A DNA stretch of 63,128 nt, taken from contig CATOJW010000019.1 of assembly GCA_951800365.1 (NCBI GenBank), forward strand, positions 1-63,128, given 5' to 3'. Below are positions 37,600 to 47,807 of the stretch, in pieces. The notes beneath the pieces are model-generated. The model worked only from the letters and a program-made list of their open reading frames with translations, had not been told where the DNA came from and did not search any database. The first letter of the stretch is position 1, and the number at the start of each line of letters is the position of its first letter. A program made the position numbers and the translations under genes. This DNA comes from an uncultured Lachnospiraceae bacterium (lineage in GTDB: Bacteria > Bacillota > Clostridia > Lachnospirales > Lachnospiraceae).

Positions 37600-38051
37600 C
37601 CGGACACCAAAGATAATTTGCTTTCACCGGACGCCAGAAGCGGGGGGCTCCTTTCCTCTGGCTGTTGATTAGCTCAAGGCAGAAAGATAAGATTTTTTTC
37701 GTTCCGGGGTCAGAAAACAGCCAGATTCGAAAACGGTGAACCGCCTGCAGTGACTTTGGAGAAAAGTTAGAAGTTCTTGACTTCTGCTCAAAAACCTAAG
37801 ATTTTTTTCACATACTGCTTTCATGCAGTGTGTGAAAAAAAAGGAGCGTGTTTAGCCCGCATATGTTTAAGGAAGCGATTGTTTTATGGCAGATAGAATC
37901 ATCTGAAACGCCAATTTCGTTCTGGCTGCCATGCGGGCGAATTGCGCTCCGGTCTGTCCGGTCAGAAAAATAGAACGGCAGAAGTCTAGAACTTCTTACT
38001 TTTTGGAAATCGGAACAGCAGGCGGTTCACCGTTTTCGAATCTAGCGTCCT
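37600..38051. repeat. Composite repeat: degenerate A arms, then linker, then full B element (arms ggtgaaccgcctg / caggcggttcacc)
   Basis: The B core hairpin variant cacatactgc..gcagtgtgtg has a compensatory change relative to cacatcctgc..gcagggtgtg. Confidence 0.85.
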
Positions 38052-38058
38052 CCTATTT

Positions 38059-40797
38059 CTATTTCAAAAACTCCCACGCCTCAAATACCTTCTCTGCAAT
38101 CAAAGCCGCCTTATTTCCTCCAGCTCCTCCTTCCTCTACAATTACACTTACCACAATCTCCGGTGCTTCTGCCGGCACAAATCCGACAAACCAAGAATGT
38201 GCCTCCTTTTCTGGATTCCATTCTGCCGTACCTGTTTTTCCTGCTACCTGATAATTATCTAAAGCAGCACGATACCCTGTTCCCTCTGTTACACACAATG
38301 TCATCCATTCTGTTATCTGCTGTGCCTCTTCTTTGGTCATTGGCACACTATAATCCTGCGGCTGATATTTTTTCACCAAATTTCCATGTGCATCCGTAAT
38401 GGCATCTGCCAGATAAGGTTTCCTCATCACTCCGTCATTTGCAACAGCAGATACCACCATAGCCAAATGAAGCGGTGTCATCTCCACTGTACCCTGCCCG
38501 ATTACCGTCTGTAAAATTTCCCATGACGATGACTCCTCTGTCATATGAAACCGACTCGATACATAAGACAAAGGAAACGGCAAATCCTGATTAAATAAAA
38601 AATCTTCACAAAGAGCAGTAAAACGTTCTGGCGAAAGTTCTGAACCAATATCAGCAAACGCTCCATTGCAAGACTTCGCAAATGCCATTTCAAAAGAAAG
38701 TATTCCGTGAGCATTTTGATGATAACATTGGATTGCACCTTTCTGATCTTTTTGATACCAGTAAAAGCCCTTGCAGTCATAAGAAAATTTAGAAATTTCT
38801 TCGGGATACTCCCTTAGATACTCTAATGCTGTTAAAATCTTAAAAGTAGATCCGGGCGGATAGCGTCCCTGTGTCGCACGATTTAACAGATAACTCTGAT
38901 GTTTTTCTTCTTCGTTTGAAAGAGATTCCCAGATTTCCTCGATTTGATTGGGATCATAATCTGGTTTTGAAACCATAGCAAGAATTTTCCCAGTAGCCGG
39001 TTCTATCACCACAACTGCTCCCGTTTCTCCTTCCAACGCCTCAAAAGCCGCTGTCTGAAGTGTATAATTTAAAGTTGTTATCAACCGATTTCCTTCATCC
39101 TTTTCTTCTTTCAGCTTATTGGCAATCTTTTCATAGACAGGAAGATCCGAGGTCAAAAGCTGAAAATTATAAACTTTTTCTAACCCGTCTTTACCACTCT
39201 GAGAATACCCTGCCACATGGGAAAACAAATTTCCAAACGGATATACTCTTATTTCCGTTCCGTCCTCTTTTTTCTGTGTTTCTGCTATTACTCGATTATC
39301 TGCCGTATAGATTGTACCACGAATCACCTTTTTTGCAAAATTTTCCTGTCTTAAATTATAAGGATTGTTAATAATTTCCCTGCTTTCTGTAAAAAGAAAA
39401 TACCCAAGATAACATGGCATTAAAACAAACAGTCCTGTAAACAGATACATTACCAAATACAATTCCCGATTTCCTGCCGCCTTATTTTCTATACTGCTCT
39501 CCTCTTTTTTTTGCATACGAGTATCTGCTTCCGAAATATAAAGCCCCTGTATAATTCCATACATCACCAAGGAACTTAACATCGAACTTCCTCCATAACT
39601 GACAAACGGAATGGTTACTCCGGTAGAAGGAATCAGCTTCATTGCTCCTCCAATCGTTAAAAATACCTGTATTCCATACTCACAGGCAAGCCCAAGTGCC
39701 ATATAGCGGTAAAAATTGCTGTGCATTTGAAGTGCAATATTTAGAATTAAAAGCAGACATCCTAAACAGATTAAAATCACACAGATCGCAGTTAAACCTC
39801 CCAATTCCTCAGAAATCGCCGAAAAAATAAAATCCTCTTCTACTACCGGAATCTGTGAAGGAGATCCCTGATTTAATCCCACTCCCAGCCATCCTCCTGT
39901 TCCGATGGCAAAAAGTGACTGCGCAATCTGATATCCCTTGCTCTCAATCACTGACCAAGGATCTAACCATGCCGTTACCCGAGTCTGGATATGAGAAAAC
40001 ATCTGATAGGCAATATAAGAAGCCCCTGCTCCTGCAAACAATCCTCCAAACAGATAAATTGGTTTTTTTGTAGCTGCATAAACCATAAATACAAACACCA
40101 ACGAAAAGATCAACGCACTTCCCAAATCAGTAGAAGCCACTAAAATCAAAATATGCATCGCTGCCAAAAATCCTGTTTTTATCACCTGTTTTATATCACT
40201 TCTTACTTCAAACATAGCAGCAATAAAAAATACATAGCTGATTTTTACAAACTCGGAAGGCTGAAACGAAATACCCAGCAGTGCAATCGAAAGTTTTGCA
40301 CCATAACTGGTTTCCGCTAAAATCAAAACTACAGAAAGCAAAAGCACTCCGGCAACACCATAAAGCCATGCAAATTTTCTTAATGCTTTCCATTTTTTCA
40401 TAATAAACGGAATTACAAACATAAAAACCGTTCCGACAAAAAGAATAAAAAACTGTTTACTTGCCTTTACACTAGAAAGTCTTGCCAGCATAAGAAACCC
40501 TATCACCATCAGCATACAAACAAGACTTGTAAATAATTTCGAACCCTCTGGATAAATCATAGAAAATAACGTTTCTAATAAAATCAAATAGACGAGTTCT
40601 GCCCCATACAATAAAATCAGGTTTTCATTTCCTGTAGATAAAAATAAAGATAAAAAACCAAGAAAATGTACAGAAAATAAACAAATATTTAAAACTGCTA
40701 TTTTTTTCTTTCTATAATAAGCAAAAGAATAATACGTATATATCATTGTCAGCAGGATGATTAAATATTTTGAAAGTTCCTGTATTAGATTTTCCAT
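38059..40797 (-). CDS. SEDS glycosyltransferase (FtsW/RodA/SpoVE family) fused to class B penicillin-binding protein transpeptidase
   Basis: N-terminal about 420 aa with 10 TM helices and SEDS motifs. C-terminal bPBP with STFK, SCN and KTGT active-site motifs. Confidence 0.8.
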   Translation of the reverse strand: MENLIQELSKYLIILLTMIYTYYSFAYYRKKKIAVLNICLFSVHFLGFLSLFLSTGNENLILLYGAELVYLILLETLFSMIYPEGSKLFTSLVCMLMVIGFLMLARLSSVKASKQFFILFVGTVFMFVIPFIMKKWKALRKFAWLYGVAGVLLLSVVLILAETSYGAKLSIALLGISFQPSEFVKISYVFFIAAMFEVRSDIKQVIKTGFLAAMHILILVASTDLGSALIFSLVFVFMVYAATKKPIYLFGGLFAGAGASYIAYQMFSHIQTRVTAWLDPWSVIESKGYQIAQSLFAIGTGGWLGVGLNQGSPSQIPVVEEDFIFSAISEELGGLTAICVILICLGCLLLILNIALQMHSNFYRYMALGLACEYGIQVFLTIGGAMKLIPSTGVTIPFVSYGGSSMLSSLVMYGIIQGLYISEADTRMQKKEESSIENKAAGNRELYLVMYLFTGLFVLMPCYLGYFLFTESREIINNPYNLRQENFAKKVIRGTIYTADNRVIAETQKKEDGTEIRVYPFGNLFSHVAGYSQSGKDGLEKVYNFQLLTSDLPVYEKIANKLKEEKDEGNRLITTLNYTLQTAAFEALEGETGAVVVIEPATGKILAMVSKPDYDPNQIEEIWESLSNEEEKHQSYLLNRATQGRYPPGSTFKILTALEYLREYPEEISKFSYDCKGFYWYQKDQKGAIQCYHQNAHGILSFEMAFAKSCNGAFADIGSELSPERFTALCEDFLFNQDLPFPLSYVSSRFHMTEESSSWEILQTVIGQGTVEMTPLHLAMVVSAVANDGVMRKPYLADAITDAHGNLVKKYQPQDYSVPMTKEEAQQITEWMTLCVTEGTGYRAALDNYQVAGKTGTAEWNPEKEAHSWFVGFVPAEAPEIVVSVIVEEGGAGGNKAALIAEKVFEAWEFLK

Positions 40798-40817
40798 ACT
40801 CCACTACCTCCCTTTTG

Positions 40818-43076
40818 TTACTCAATCCCCCGTCGAAAATGTCCTCTGGTAAATAAAAAAGGCTCTTCTGTAAATAATAATTCCTCCCGATATGCCTGAA
40901 TAAATTTAGAAAGAATCTCTGTTACTTCTTTTACCGATTCGATTGTAAAATCTAACCGTACCGCATAAGGTGCAATCAAATCCACTTCCTGCTTTGCACT
41001 TAAAAGAGAAAGCGGTTTACAATTATAGATTCGATTGAAGCAAAACTTACATCTGTTTTTTATAATAAACTCATTGTGATAGCGATCCGTTAGTGTCAAT
41101 TCTCCTGATTTATAACTGCATCCTTGAAAACTTTTCCTTGTACACTGTGCCGATACCATCATCGGCAAATATCCGTAAACCACCAATTCACTTTTCCGAT
41201 CGGCTATCTGCACCAATTCCCTTTTATTTAACTCCAAAGGAAGTGTAACAAGCTCTGCTTTCCACTCTTTTTCAAAAAACCTCATACTTTCCAAATTAAA
41301 TCCATATAAAGTGGAATCGAACCGAATCGGAATTGAAAATGCATCCTGTTTTTCTAAAAGAAAAGAAACCTCCTCTAAATTTCTAACTCCAAATCCATCC
41401 ACTCCTGCCTGCAAAAGCTGATTATATTCCTGTTCAAGCCAATTCTGTGCTGTATCACGAAAAATATGCGGCAGCATATAATAAAACTGCTTATCTGGAA
41501 ACTGTTCCTTATAGTTTTGAATATCCTCTGCTGAAAACTCACTGGCATCTAAATAAATACAAGAAACCTCTGAAAATGCTGCTGCAGCTTTAACATACTC
41601 TTTCTTTTCTGCATAAACATGAATCCTATAAAATGATTTCTTTCCCCTAGCTTTTTTCACGCTATCTTCTTTTAACTGTTCTCTAACATCATCCTTTATT
41701 TTTCCCTCTTCTTTTCGAAAAAATGACTGCAGACAGACCATTTTTAATTGTTCTAATGCTTTTCTCCGCAATTCATTTAATTCCGTTATACTAATAAAGC
41801 TGTTTCCGTCTGTTTGAACCAAAAGTTCAGAAAAGAAAAACGGCGTTTCTCCCGTTTTTTCGATTTGTTTTCGAATCCTTTCCTGCGTCATTGGCTGCTT
41901 TTGTGCAGCATCCACTTCCTTTCCTTCCACAGTAACCTGCTGCCCTTTTCTTGAAACGGTAAGATATGCCTTTTCTTTGCAGCGCACAACAACCATTCCA
42001 GTAACTGCTTCTTTTGGTTCTTCCGACAAAAAACAGTTTCGAACCTCTTTAAAAAGTTCTATATTTTTTGCTTCGTTTTCTGCCTCTCCCTCTCTTCCCT
42101 GAAAAAACATCATATCTCTGCCGTTTTTCTGCCTATAATATCCTTTCGTAAATCCACCTCGATGATACAGATCCCGTAAAATCCTTTTATCCTCTTCGGA
42201 CACCAAAAAACCTTCTCTTCCATATTCCATATAGTAATCTAAATACTTTCGATATACACTTACCACACCTGCAGTATATTCTGGTTTTTTCATTCTGCCC
42301 TCAATTTTTAAAGAAAAAACTCCAGATTCTAAAATATCCGGCAAAAGTTCAATACTGCACAAATCCTTTGGACTTAATAAATAAGGCTCTTCTTTTGTAT
42401 TCCATCTCTTTTGATTTTCACTTACCTGATAAGGAAGCCTGCAAGGCTGTGCACACCGCCCTCTATTTCCGCTTCTTCCTCCTGCTATACTGCTAAACAA
42501 ACACTGCCCGGAATAACAATAACACAATGCTCCATGAACAAAACTCTCTATCTCTAATCCTTCTAACCCTTTTTGACCATGAATCCTTCGGATCTCATCC
42601 AAAGAAAGCTCCCGTGCCGTTACAATCCGCACCGCTCCCATTTCTTTTAATAGTTTCGCACCATAAACTCCTGTCAAAGTCATCTGTGTACTGGCATGAA
42701 TCGGAAGTTTTGGAAAATGTTTTTTTATAAAAGAAAATACACCAATATCTTGTACAATCACAGCATCCAATCCCTGACAATAAAAAGGCAGCAGATAAGA
42801 ATACAGCTTTTCCTGCATCTCTTGTTCTTTTACCAATGTATTTACTGTCAAATACAATTTTCTTTCATGCAGATGCACAAAATCGATTGCTGATTTCAAC
42901 GCTTCTGTATCTAGATTGTTGGCATAGGCTCTTGCACCAAATAAATTTCCGCCCAAATAAACCGCATCTGCTCCTGCCGAAACTGCAGCCGTCATCGCCT
43001 CATAAGAACCAGCAGGTGCAAGCAGTTCTGCTTTCTTTGCATACGATGCATGATATTGACTTTTATATAAATTCAT
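40818..43076 (-). CDS. Peptidase U32 family protein (with C-terminal DUF3656-like extension)
   Basis: N-terminal U32 signature (ELLAPAGSYEAMTAAVSAGADAVYLGG), 752 aa. Confidence 0.8.
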   Translation of the reverse strand: MNLYKSQYHASYAKKAELLAPAGSYEAMTAAVSAGADAVYLGGNLFGARAYANNLDTEALKSAIDFVHLHERKLYLTVNTLVKEQEMQEKLYSYLLPFYCQGLDAVIVQDIGVFSFIKKHFPKLPIHASTQMTLTGVYGAKLLKEMGAVRIVTARELSLDEIRRIHGQKGLEGLEIESFVHGALCYCYSGQCLFSSIAGGRSGNRGRCAQPCRLPYQVSENQKRWNTKEEPYLLSPKDLCSIELLPDILESGVFSLKIEGRMKKPEYTAGVVSVYRKYLDYYMEYGREGFLVSEEDKRILRDLYHRGGFTKGYYRQKNGRDMMFFQGREGEAENEAKNIELFKEVRNCFLSEEPKEAVTGMVVVRCKEKAYLTVSRKGQQVTVEGKEVDAAQKQPMTQERIRKQIEKTGETPFFFSELLVQTDGNSFISITELNELRRKALEQLKMVCLQSFFRKEEGKIKDDVREQLKEDSVKKARGKKSFYRIHVYAEKKEYVKAAAAFSEVSCIYLDASEFSAEDIQNYKEQFPDKQFYYMLPHIFRDTAQNWLEQEYNQLLQAGVDGFGVRNLEEVSFLLEKQDAFSIPIRFDSTLYGFNLESMRFFEKEWKAELVTLPLELNKRELVQIADRKSELVVYGYLPMMVSAQCTRKSFQGCSYKSGELTLTDRYHNEFIIKNRCKFCFNRIYNCKPLSLLSAKQEVDLIAPYAVRLDFTIESVKEVTEILSKFIQAYREELLFTEEPFLFTRGHFRRGIE

Positions 43077-43141
43077 AAGGTTTCCCTCCTTACAAATAAT
43101 GTCATGTCTTCTTTTTTAGAATGACATGACATGTTCTATCT

Positions 43142-43606
43142 TTATTTATCCTGATTTTCATTCTTATCCTGCCCGTCTTTCTTAATTTCTTCACTTTGCG
43201 CCGTTCTAGTAAGTGTCATCTCCGCTTCTAAACGAATAATTGTCTTTTCCTGATCACTGACCGTCTTTCGAAGCATTTCTAATTCTTTTTCTTCTTCCTC
43301 CATTCGAAGTTTTAATCCTACCAATTCATGTTTTAAATTAGAAACCTCCTTATTGCGATCTTCTAATTCTAAACTTGCTGCATCTGCATTTTTTTTCGCC
43401 TTGTAGTAATCATCTGCTACATTCAGGTACATCAGGATATTTTGTACTTCACGGCTCTGACGTTTATACCCCTCTGCCATACGTACCTCCGAAAGCTTTG
43501 CATTGATATATGCAGCCACTTTATTCAGATACTCCGGATCTTCATATCCACTTAATGTATATACCTTTCCGTCAATCACCACTTGTACATTATTCTTCAG
43601 TGCCAT
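43142..43606 (-). CDS. zapA: Cell division protein ZapA
   Basis: ZapA N-terminal domain (VQVVIDGKVYTLSGYEDPEYLNKVAAYIN) plus C-terminal coiled coil. Confidence 0.75.
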   Translation of the reverse strand: MALKNNVQVVIDGKVYTLSGYEDPEYLNKVAAYINAKLSEVRMAEGYKRQSREVQNILMYLNVADDYYKAKKNADAASLELEDRNKEVSNLKHELVGLKLRMEEEEKELEMLRKTVSDQEKTIIRLEAEMTLTRTAQSEEIKKDGQDKNENQDK

Positions 43607-43724
43607 CCAATATCCTCTCCCTGCATTATTCTTCCTCTGTTCTCGTTAAGTTTTATTATAATCAATTTCAGAAAAAAGCACAAGCACTTTATAAGAGGAT
43701 CTTCATAAGTCTTTTAAAATTTGA

Positions 43725-44510
43725 TGATAGAGGACGTCAGATTCGAAAACGGTGGGCAGCCTGCTGTTCCGGTTTCCAAAAAGCAAGAAGTTCTAAGACT
43801 TCTGCCGTTTTATGCATCCAACCGGACAGACCGGGGCGCAATTCGCCCTCATTACAACCAAAACAAAACGGGTGTAAGGAAGGATTTTACCAACCATAAG
43901 ACGACTTCTTTCCTATCATCCGGGCTAAACACGCCCCTTTTTTTTCACACCCTGCATAGAAGCAGGATGTGAAAAAAATCTTAGGTTTTCGAGCAGAAGT
44001 CCAAGAACTTCTAACTTTTTTCCAAAGTCACTGCAGGCTGCCCACCATTTTCGAATCTGACTGTTTCTTGACTCCGAAACAAAAAAAGATACTCATCCAA
44101 GTTTTTCTTAAACCTATCCTGATGCAAAACTAACCAAAGTAATGAAATAGATTTCTGCCGCTATCCAACTAACAGCGAGAGGCGGTGGGCTCGTTTCCTT
44201 TGTCTGTGACTTCGGAGAACGGTTAGAAAGTCTTAGGCTTCTGCGGAAACACCTAGAATTTTTTGCATATCCTGCTTCCATGCAGGGTATGCAAAAAAAG
44301 GGGCGTGTTTAGCCCGGATAATAGGGAAGAGGATGTTTTATGGCTGATAAAATCTTTCCTTACACTCATTGTGTTTCGGCTTTAATGAGGGCGAATTGCG
44401 CCCCGGTTCGTCCGGTTAGATGCACATAGACAGAAGCCATAGACTTTCTTACCGTTTGGAGCGGAACAGACAAAGGAAACGAGCCCACCGCCTCTTGCGT
44501 CCGGTGACAT
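43725..44510. repeat. Composite repeat in reversed arrangement: B element (minus, 43725-44095), linker, A element (plus, 44180-44510)
   Basis: A arms gaggcggtgggctcgtttcctttgtct / agacaaaggaaacgagcccaccgcctc covary relative to other copies. The B arm contains a T·G-compatible pair. Confidence 0.9.
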
Positions 44511-44541
44511 CCAATAAATAAAATCCAGCAAAACCCCCTCC

Positions 44542-45531
44542 TTATTTTAACCCCAAATGCCGATAAGCCAATTCCATTGCCACCCTCCCCCGAGGAGTCC
44601 GCTGAATCAATCCATTTTGAATCAAATAAGGCTCAATCACTTCCTCTAACGTTCCAGCATCCTCTCCCAAAGCCGCTGCTAAAGTATCTAATCCACAAGG
44701 TCCTCCTGCAAATTTTTGAATCAAAGTCGTTAAAAACACCCGATCACTATTATCCAATCCAAATTTATCCACTTCCAGCAAATCCAACGCAAAATTTGCT
44801 ACTGCCTCTGTAATCACTCCATTATATTTTACCTGAGCAAAATCCCTTACCCTTTTTAAAAGCCGATTTGCAAGCCGTGGCGTCCCTCTGCTTCTCCTTG
44901 CCATCTCCATTGCACCAGCAGCCTCTATCTCTACTTTTAATACTTTTGCCGAACGAAGTAAAATCATCTGCAATTCCTGCGGCGTATAAAATTCCAGCCG
45001 ATGAATTACTCCAAACCGATCCCGCAAAGGAGCAGTCAAAAGTCCTGCCCGTGTCGTTGCTCCTACTAACGTAAATTTTGGTAAATCCAGACGAATGGAT
45101 CGTGCCGTAGCTCCCTTTCCAATTACAATATCAATCGCAAAATCTTCCATAGCCGGATAAAGAACTTCTTCCACCTGCCGATTTAAACGATGAATTTCAT
45201 CAATAAACAGCACATCCCCTTCCTGCAGATTATTTAAAATCGCCGCAATTTCCCCCGGTTTTTCAATCGCAGGTCCAGAAGTAATCTTTAAATTTGTTCC
45301 CATTTCATTTGCAATAATTCCGGCAAGCGTAGTCTTTCCAAGACCGGGCGGACCATAAAATAAGACATGATCCAACGGTTCTTTCCGGCTCTTTGCTGCC
45401 TCAATATAAACCTTTAAATTTTCCTTTGCCTTTGCCTGACCAATATAATCCTCTAAAAGCTGCGGTCTAAGATGATTTTCTACGCTGTTATCTTCTTCTG
45501 TCAGCTCTGTTGTTATCATTCTCTTTGCCAT
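44542..45531 (-). CDS. ruvB: Holliday junction branch migration helicase RuvB
   Basis: AAA+ Walker [10 protein letters not shown], RuvB C-terminal winged helix. Confidence 0.95.
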   Translation of the reverse strand: MAKRMITTELTEEDNSVENHLRPQLLEDYIGQAKAKENLKVYIEAAKSRKEPLDHVLFYGPPGLGKTTLAGIIANEMGTNLKITSGPAIEKPGEIAAILNNLQEGDVLFIDEIHRLNRQVEEVLYPAMEDFAIDIVIGKGATARSIRLDLPKFTLVGATTRAGLLTAPLRDRFGVIHRLEFYTPQELQMILLRSAKVLKVEIEAAGAMEMARRSRGTPRLANRLLKRVRDFAQVKYNGVITEAVANFALDLLEVDKFGLDNSDRVFLTTLIQKFAGGPCGLDTLAAALGEDAGTLEEVIEPYLIQNGLIQRTPRGRVAMELAYRHLGLK

Positions 45532-45556
45532 AATATAAACCTTTCCGTTCTATTGG

Positions 45557-46168
45557 CTACCGACCAATATTTTTTAAAGAAGCTTTTAATAAAGCTTCTA
45601 CCGTCATTCCCTCCGTTATCGGAACTGCACGAACCGCACGAAGTGCATCAGTAGGACGATATCCCAAAGCTGCCAGTGCCTGTACGGCATCATTTTGAAT
45701 CTCTGCTGTCTGTCCGAAAGAAACATTTTCTCTTTCCGATATCATCGCCTGTTCAAATGCTTCCTCCAATTTTAATTTATCTTTTAATTCTATCACCATC
45801 TTCTGTGCCGTTTTATTGCCAATTCCCGGAGCTTTTGCAATCGTTTTTGCATCTCCCGACAATACGGCAAAACGCAGATCGTCCACAGAAATCGTAGAAA
45901 GAATCGCCAATGCTCCTTTTGGTCCAATCCCGCTTACTCCCAAAAGAAGCTGAAACATATTTCGCTCTTCTCTATTTAAAAAACCATATAAGTTCAAAAT
46001 ATCCTCTTTTTTATAAAAATAAGTAAACAGCAAAACCTCACTGCCTAACGCCGGAAGTGCAGATACGACAGAAGCAGAAACTGAAATCAAATAACCAATT
46101 CCCTGATTTTCCACTACAACAAAATCTGTTCCGGTTTCTTGCAGTTCCCCTCTTATATAAGAAATCAT
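45557..46168 (-). CDS. ruvA: Holliday junction DNA-binding protein RuvA
   Basis: RuvA domains I-III, HhH motifs (GIGPKGALAIL). Confidence 0.95.
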   Translation of the reverse strand: MISYIRGELQETGTDFVVVENQGIGYLISVSASVVSALPALGSEVLLFTYFYKKEDILNLYGFLNREERNMFQLLLGVSGIGPKGALAILSTISVDDLRFAVLSGDAKTIAKAPGIGNKTAQKMVIELKDKLKLEEAFEQAMISERENVSFGQTAEIQNDAVQALAALGYRPTDALRAVRAVPITEGMTVEALLKASLKNIGR

Positions 46169-46273
46169 TTTATTTTTCCTTCCTTTTTTTATAACGTTTT
46201 CGATTTCTAATCGAACATATATACGATTGTAGCAGATCTTTTTTTATATGACAAGTACCTCTGACCAGAAAAC

Positions 46274-46309
46274 ACATCCGTTTCATAAATTTTTAAGCAC
46301 TTCTAAAAA
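46274..46309 (+). repeat. 36-bp direct repeat, left copy (acatccgtttcataaatttttaagcacttctaaaaa)
   Basis: 33/36 identity with 47172-47207; the pair flanks an AT-rich 0.86-kb insert. Confidence 0.8.
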
Positions 46310-46534
46310 GAGCTGTCGCACTAAACGAAAATAATACAAAATATAGCAATTTAAAACTTTAATATATACTATATTTTGTATGTATTCCTCTTAATGCGAC
46401 AGCCCCAATCAAACATACTGGTTTTTATAATCTTTCATCTAATACCCCATACATATTTTCTATTTTTTTGACATCATAGAAAAAATAACAATAAATTTAA
46501 TTTAAATACTAAACATGAAAATTTTTAATCATAA

Positions 46535-46897
46535 TTATTTATTTTCTGCCTCTAATGGTACAATCGCTAAAGTTTTTCCTAAAGGAGCTAAAACTTTTAA
46601 AATTGTATCTAACTGTGGATCAGTATTACCTTTTTCCATTCTTGCAATAATAGGCTGTTTTACTCCACTTAATTCTTCCAATTTTTTCTGACTTATTCCT
46701 TTTTCTTGTCTTGCCTTTATTAATTCACCTATAAGAGCTACTCTCAAGTTACTTTTTGTTTTTTCTTCCGGTGTAAGAATACTGTCCATAAATTCCAAAA
46801 CATTTCCACCAACAGCATCCGATCCACGTTCATTCAGATCCCTAAGTTTTTTTTGTGTTTGTGCTATAGCTTGTAAATATTCTTTATCTGTTCTCAT
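46535..46897 (-). CDS. XRE-family HTH protein (HigA-like antitoxin candidate)
   Basis: C-terminal HTH_XRE (ISQKKLEELSGVKQPIIARMEKG). Confidence 0.65.
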   Translation of the reverse strand: MRTDKEYLQAIAQTQKKLRDLNERGSDAVGGNVLEFMDSILTPEEKTKSNLRVALIGELIKARQEKGISQKKLEELSGVKQPIIARMEKGNTDPQLDTILKVLAPLGKTLAIVPLEAENK

Positions 46898-47008
46898 TAC
46901 GTTTCTTTCTTCCTCTCCTGATAATCAATTAAATTTCATTTTGCTTGTTTTATTTCTCGTTGTGGGGTTTTTCGTGTTTACTTTATAAAAACATGTAACA
47001 GAACAAAA

Positions 47009-47098
47009 CTATTTATCTTTTTTATTCACTAACTTTGTTATATATTCCTTTACTGGTTCTTTGCCATTTTTATCTTTATAAAAGCGTATTTCGTACAA
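47009..47098 (-). pseudogene. Truncated HigB/Gp49-family toxin gene (29 codons, TTG start, premature stop)
   Basis: Encodes (L)YEIRFYKDKNGKEPVKEYITKLVNKKDK*. The N-terminal signature of Gp49/HigB (DUF891) toxins is present and preceded by an aggaggg RBS. The reading frame does not continue past the stop. Confidence 0.5.
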
Positions 47099-47171
47099 AA
47101 CTATTATCCCTCCTGTTAAAATATATTATACTTTAACACTATTGGAATGTCAATAACTTTAAAGTTATTAT

Positions 47172-47207
47172 CACGTCCATTTCATAAATTTTTAAACACT
47201 TCTAAAA
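47172..47207 (+). repeat. 36-bp direct repeat, right copy
   Basis: acgtccatttcataaatttttaaacacttctaaaaa. Confidence 0.8.
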
Positions 47208-47263
47208 ACCTGTTTCCTATTCCAATTTAAAATAAACGCTGACACATCTGCTGTTATCCAATC

Positions 47264-47497
47264 AACAGCCAGAGGCGGTTTGCCCAATTCCTTTGACTGC
47301 AACTTCGGAGAATGGCTAGAAAGTCTTTGGCTTCTGTGGAGATACCTAGAATTTTTTGTACATCCTGCTTCCATGCAGGGTGTGCAAAAAAAGGGGCGTG
47401 TTTAATTGCGCCCCGGTTCGTCTGGTTGGATGTACGCAGATACAGAAGCTGTAGACTTTCTTACCATTCAGAGCAAAGCAAGCAGAGGGACGCCCAG
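47264..47497 (+). repeat. A element with internal deletion of the middle of the core
   Basis: Has the arms and the gtacatcctgcttccatgcagggtgtgc hairpin, but about 110 bp of core between gcgtgttta and attgcgcccc is missing. Confidence 0.8.
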
Positions 47498-47668
47498 ACT
47501 TTTCGTAAATTTTTGTTACTTCTTTTGCTTCTAATAGTGTACTCATAATACAATCTCCTTTTTTATTTTTCTGTTATATAATACTGCTATAAACAAAAAA
47601 ATAAATGAGTAATTCCAGCATATTTTTTACATAATTTACTCAATTAAAAATACTGGTAAACTTAATTT

Positions 47669-47775
47669 AGGGGGACGCTGGAATTGAAAAGAAGATCTAT
47701 TTAGGATCTGCTTTCGCTTAGCATTTCTGATGACCCTTCATAGACCTTCTTTCCAATTCCAGCTATTTCTATCAG
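47669..47775 (-). repeat. Truncated type C repeat, copy C5 (arms only)
   Basis: gggggacgctggaattgaaaagaagatctat ... atagaccttctttccaattccagc; lies 33 bp downstream of the oxidoreductase stop. Confidence 0.65.
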
Positions 47776-47807
47776 CCTCAAATAATAACGTCCTTTCTGA
47801 AAAATAT

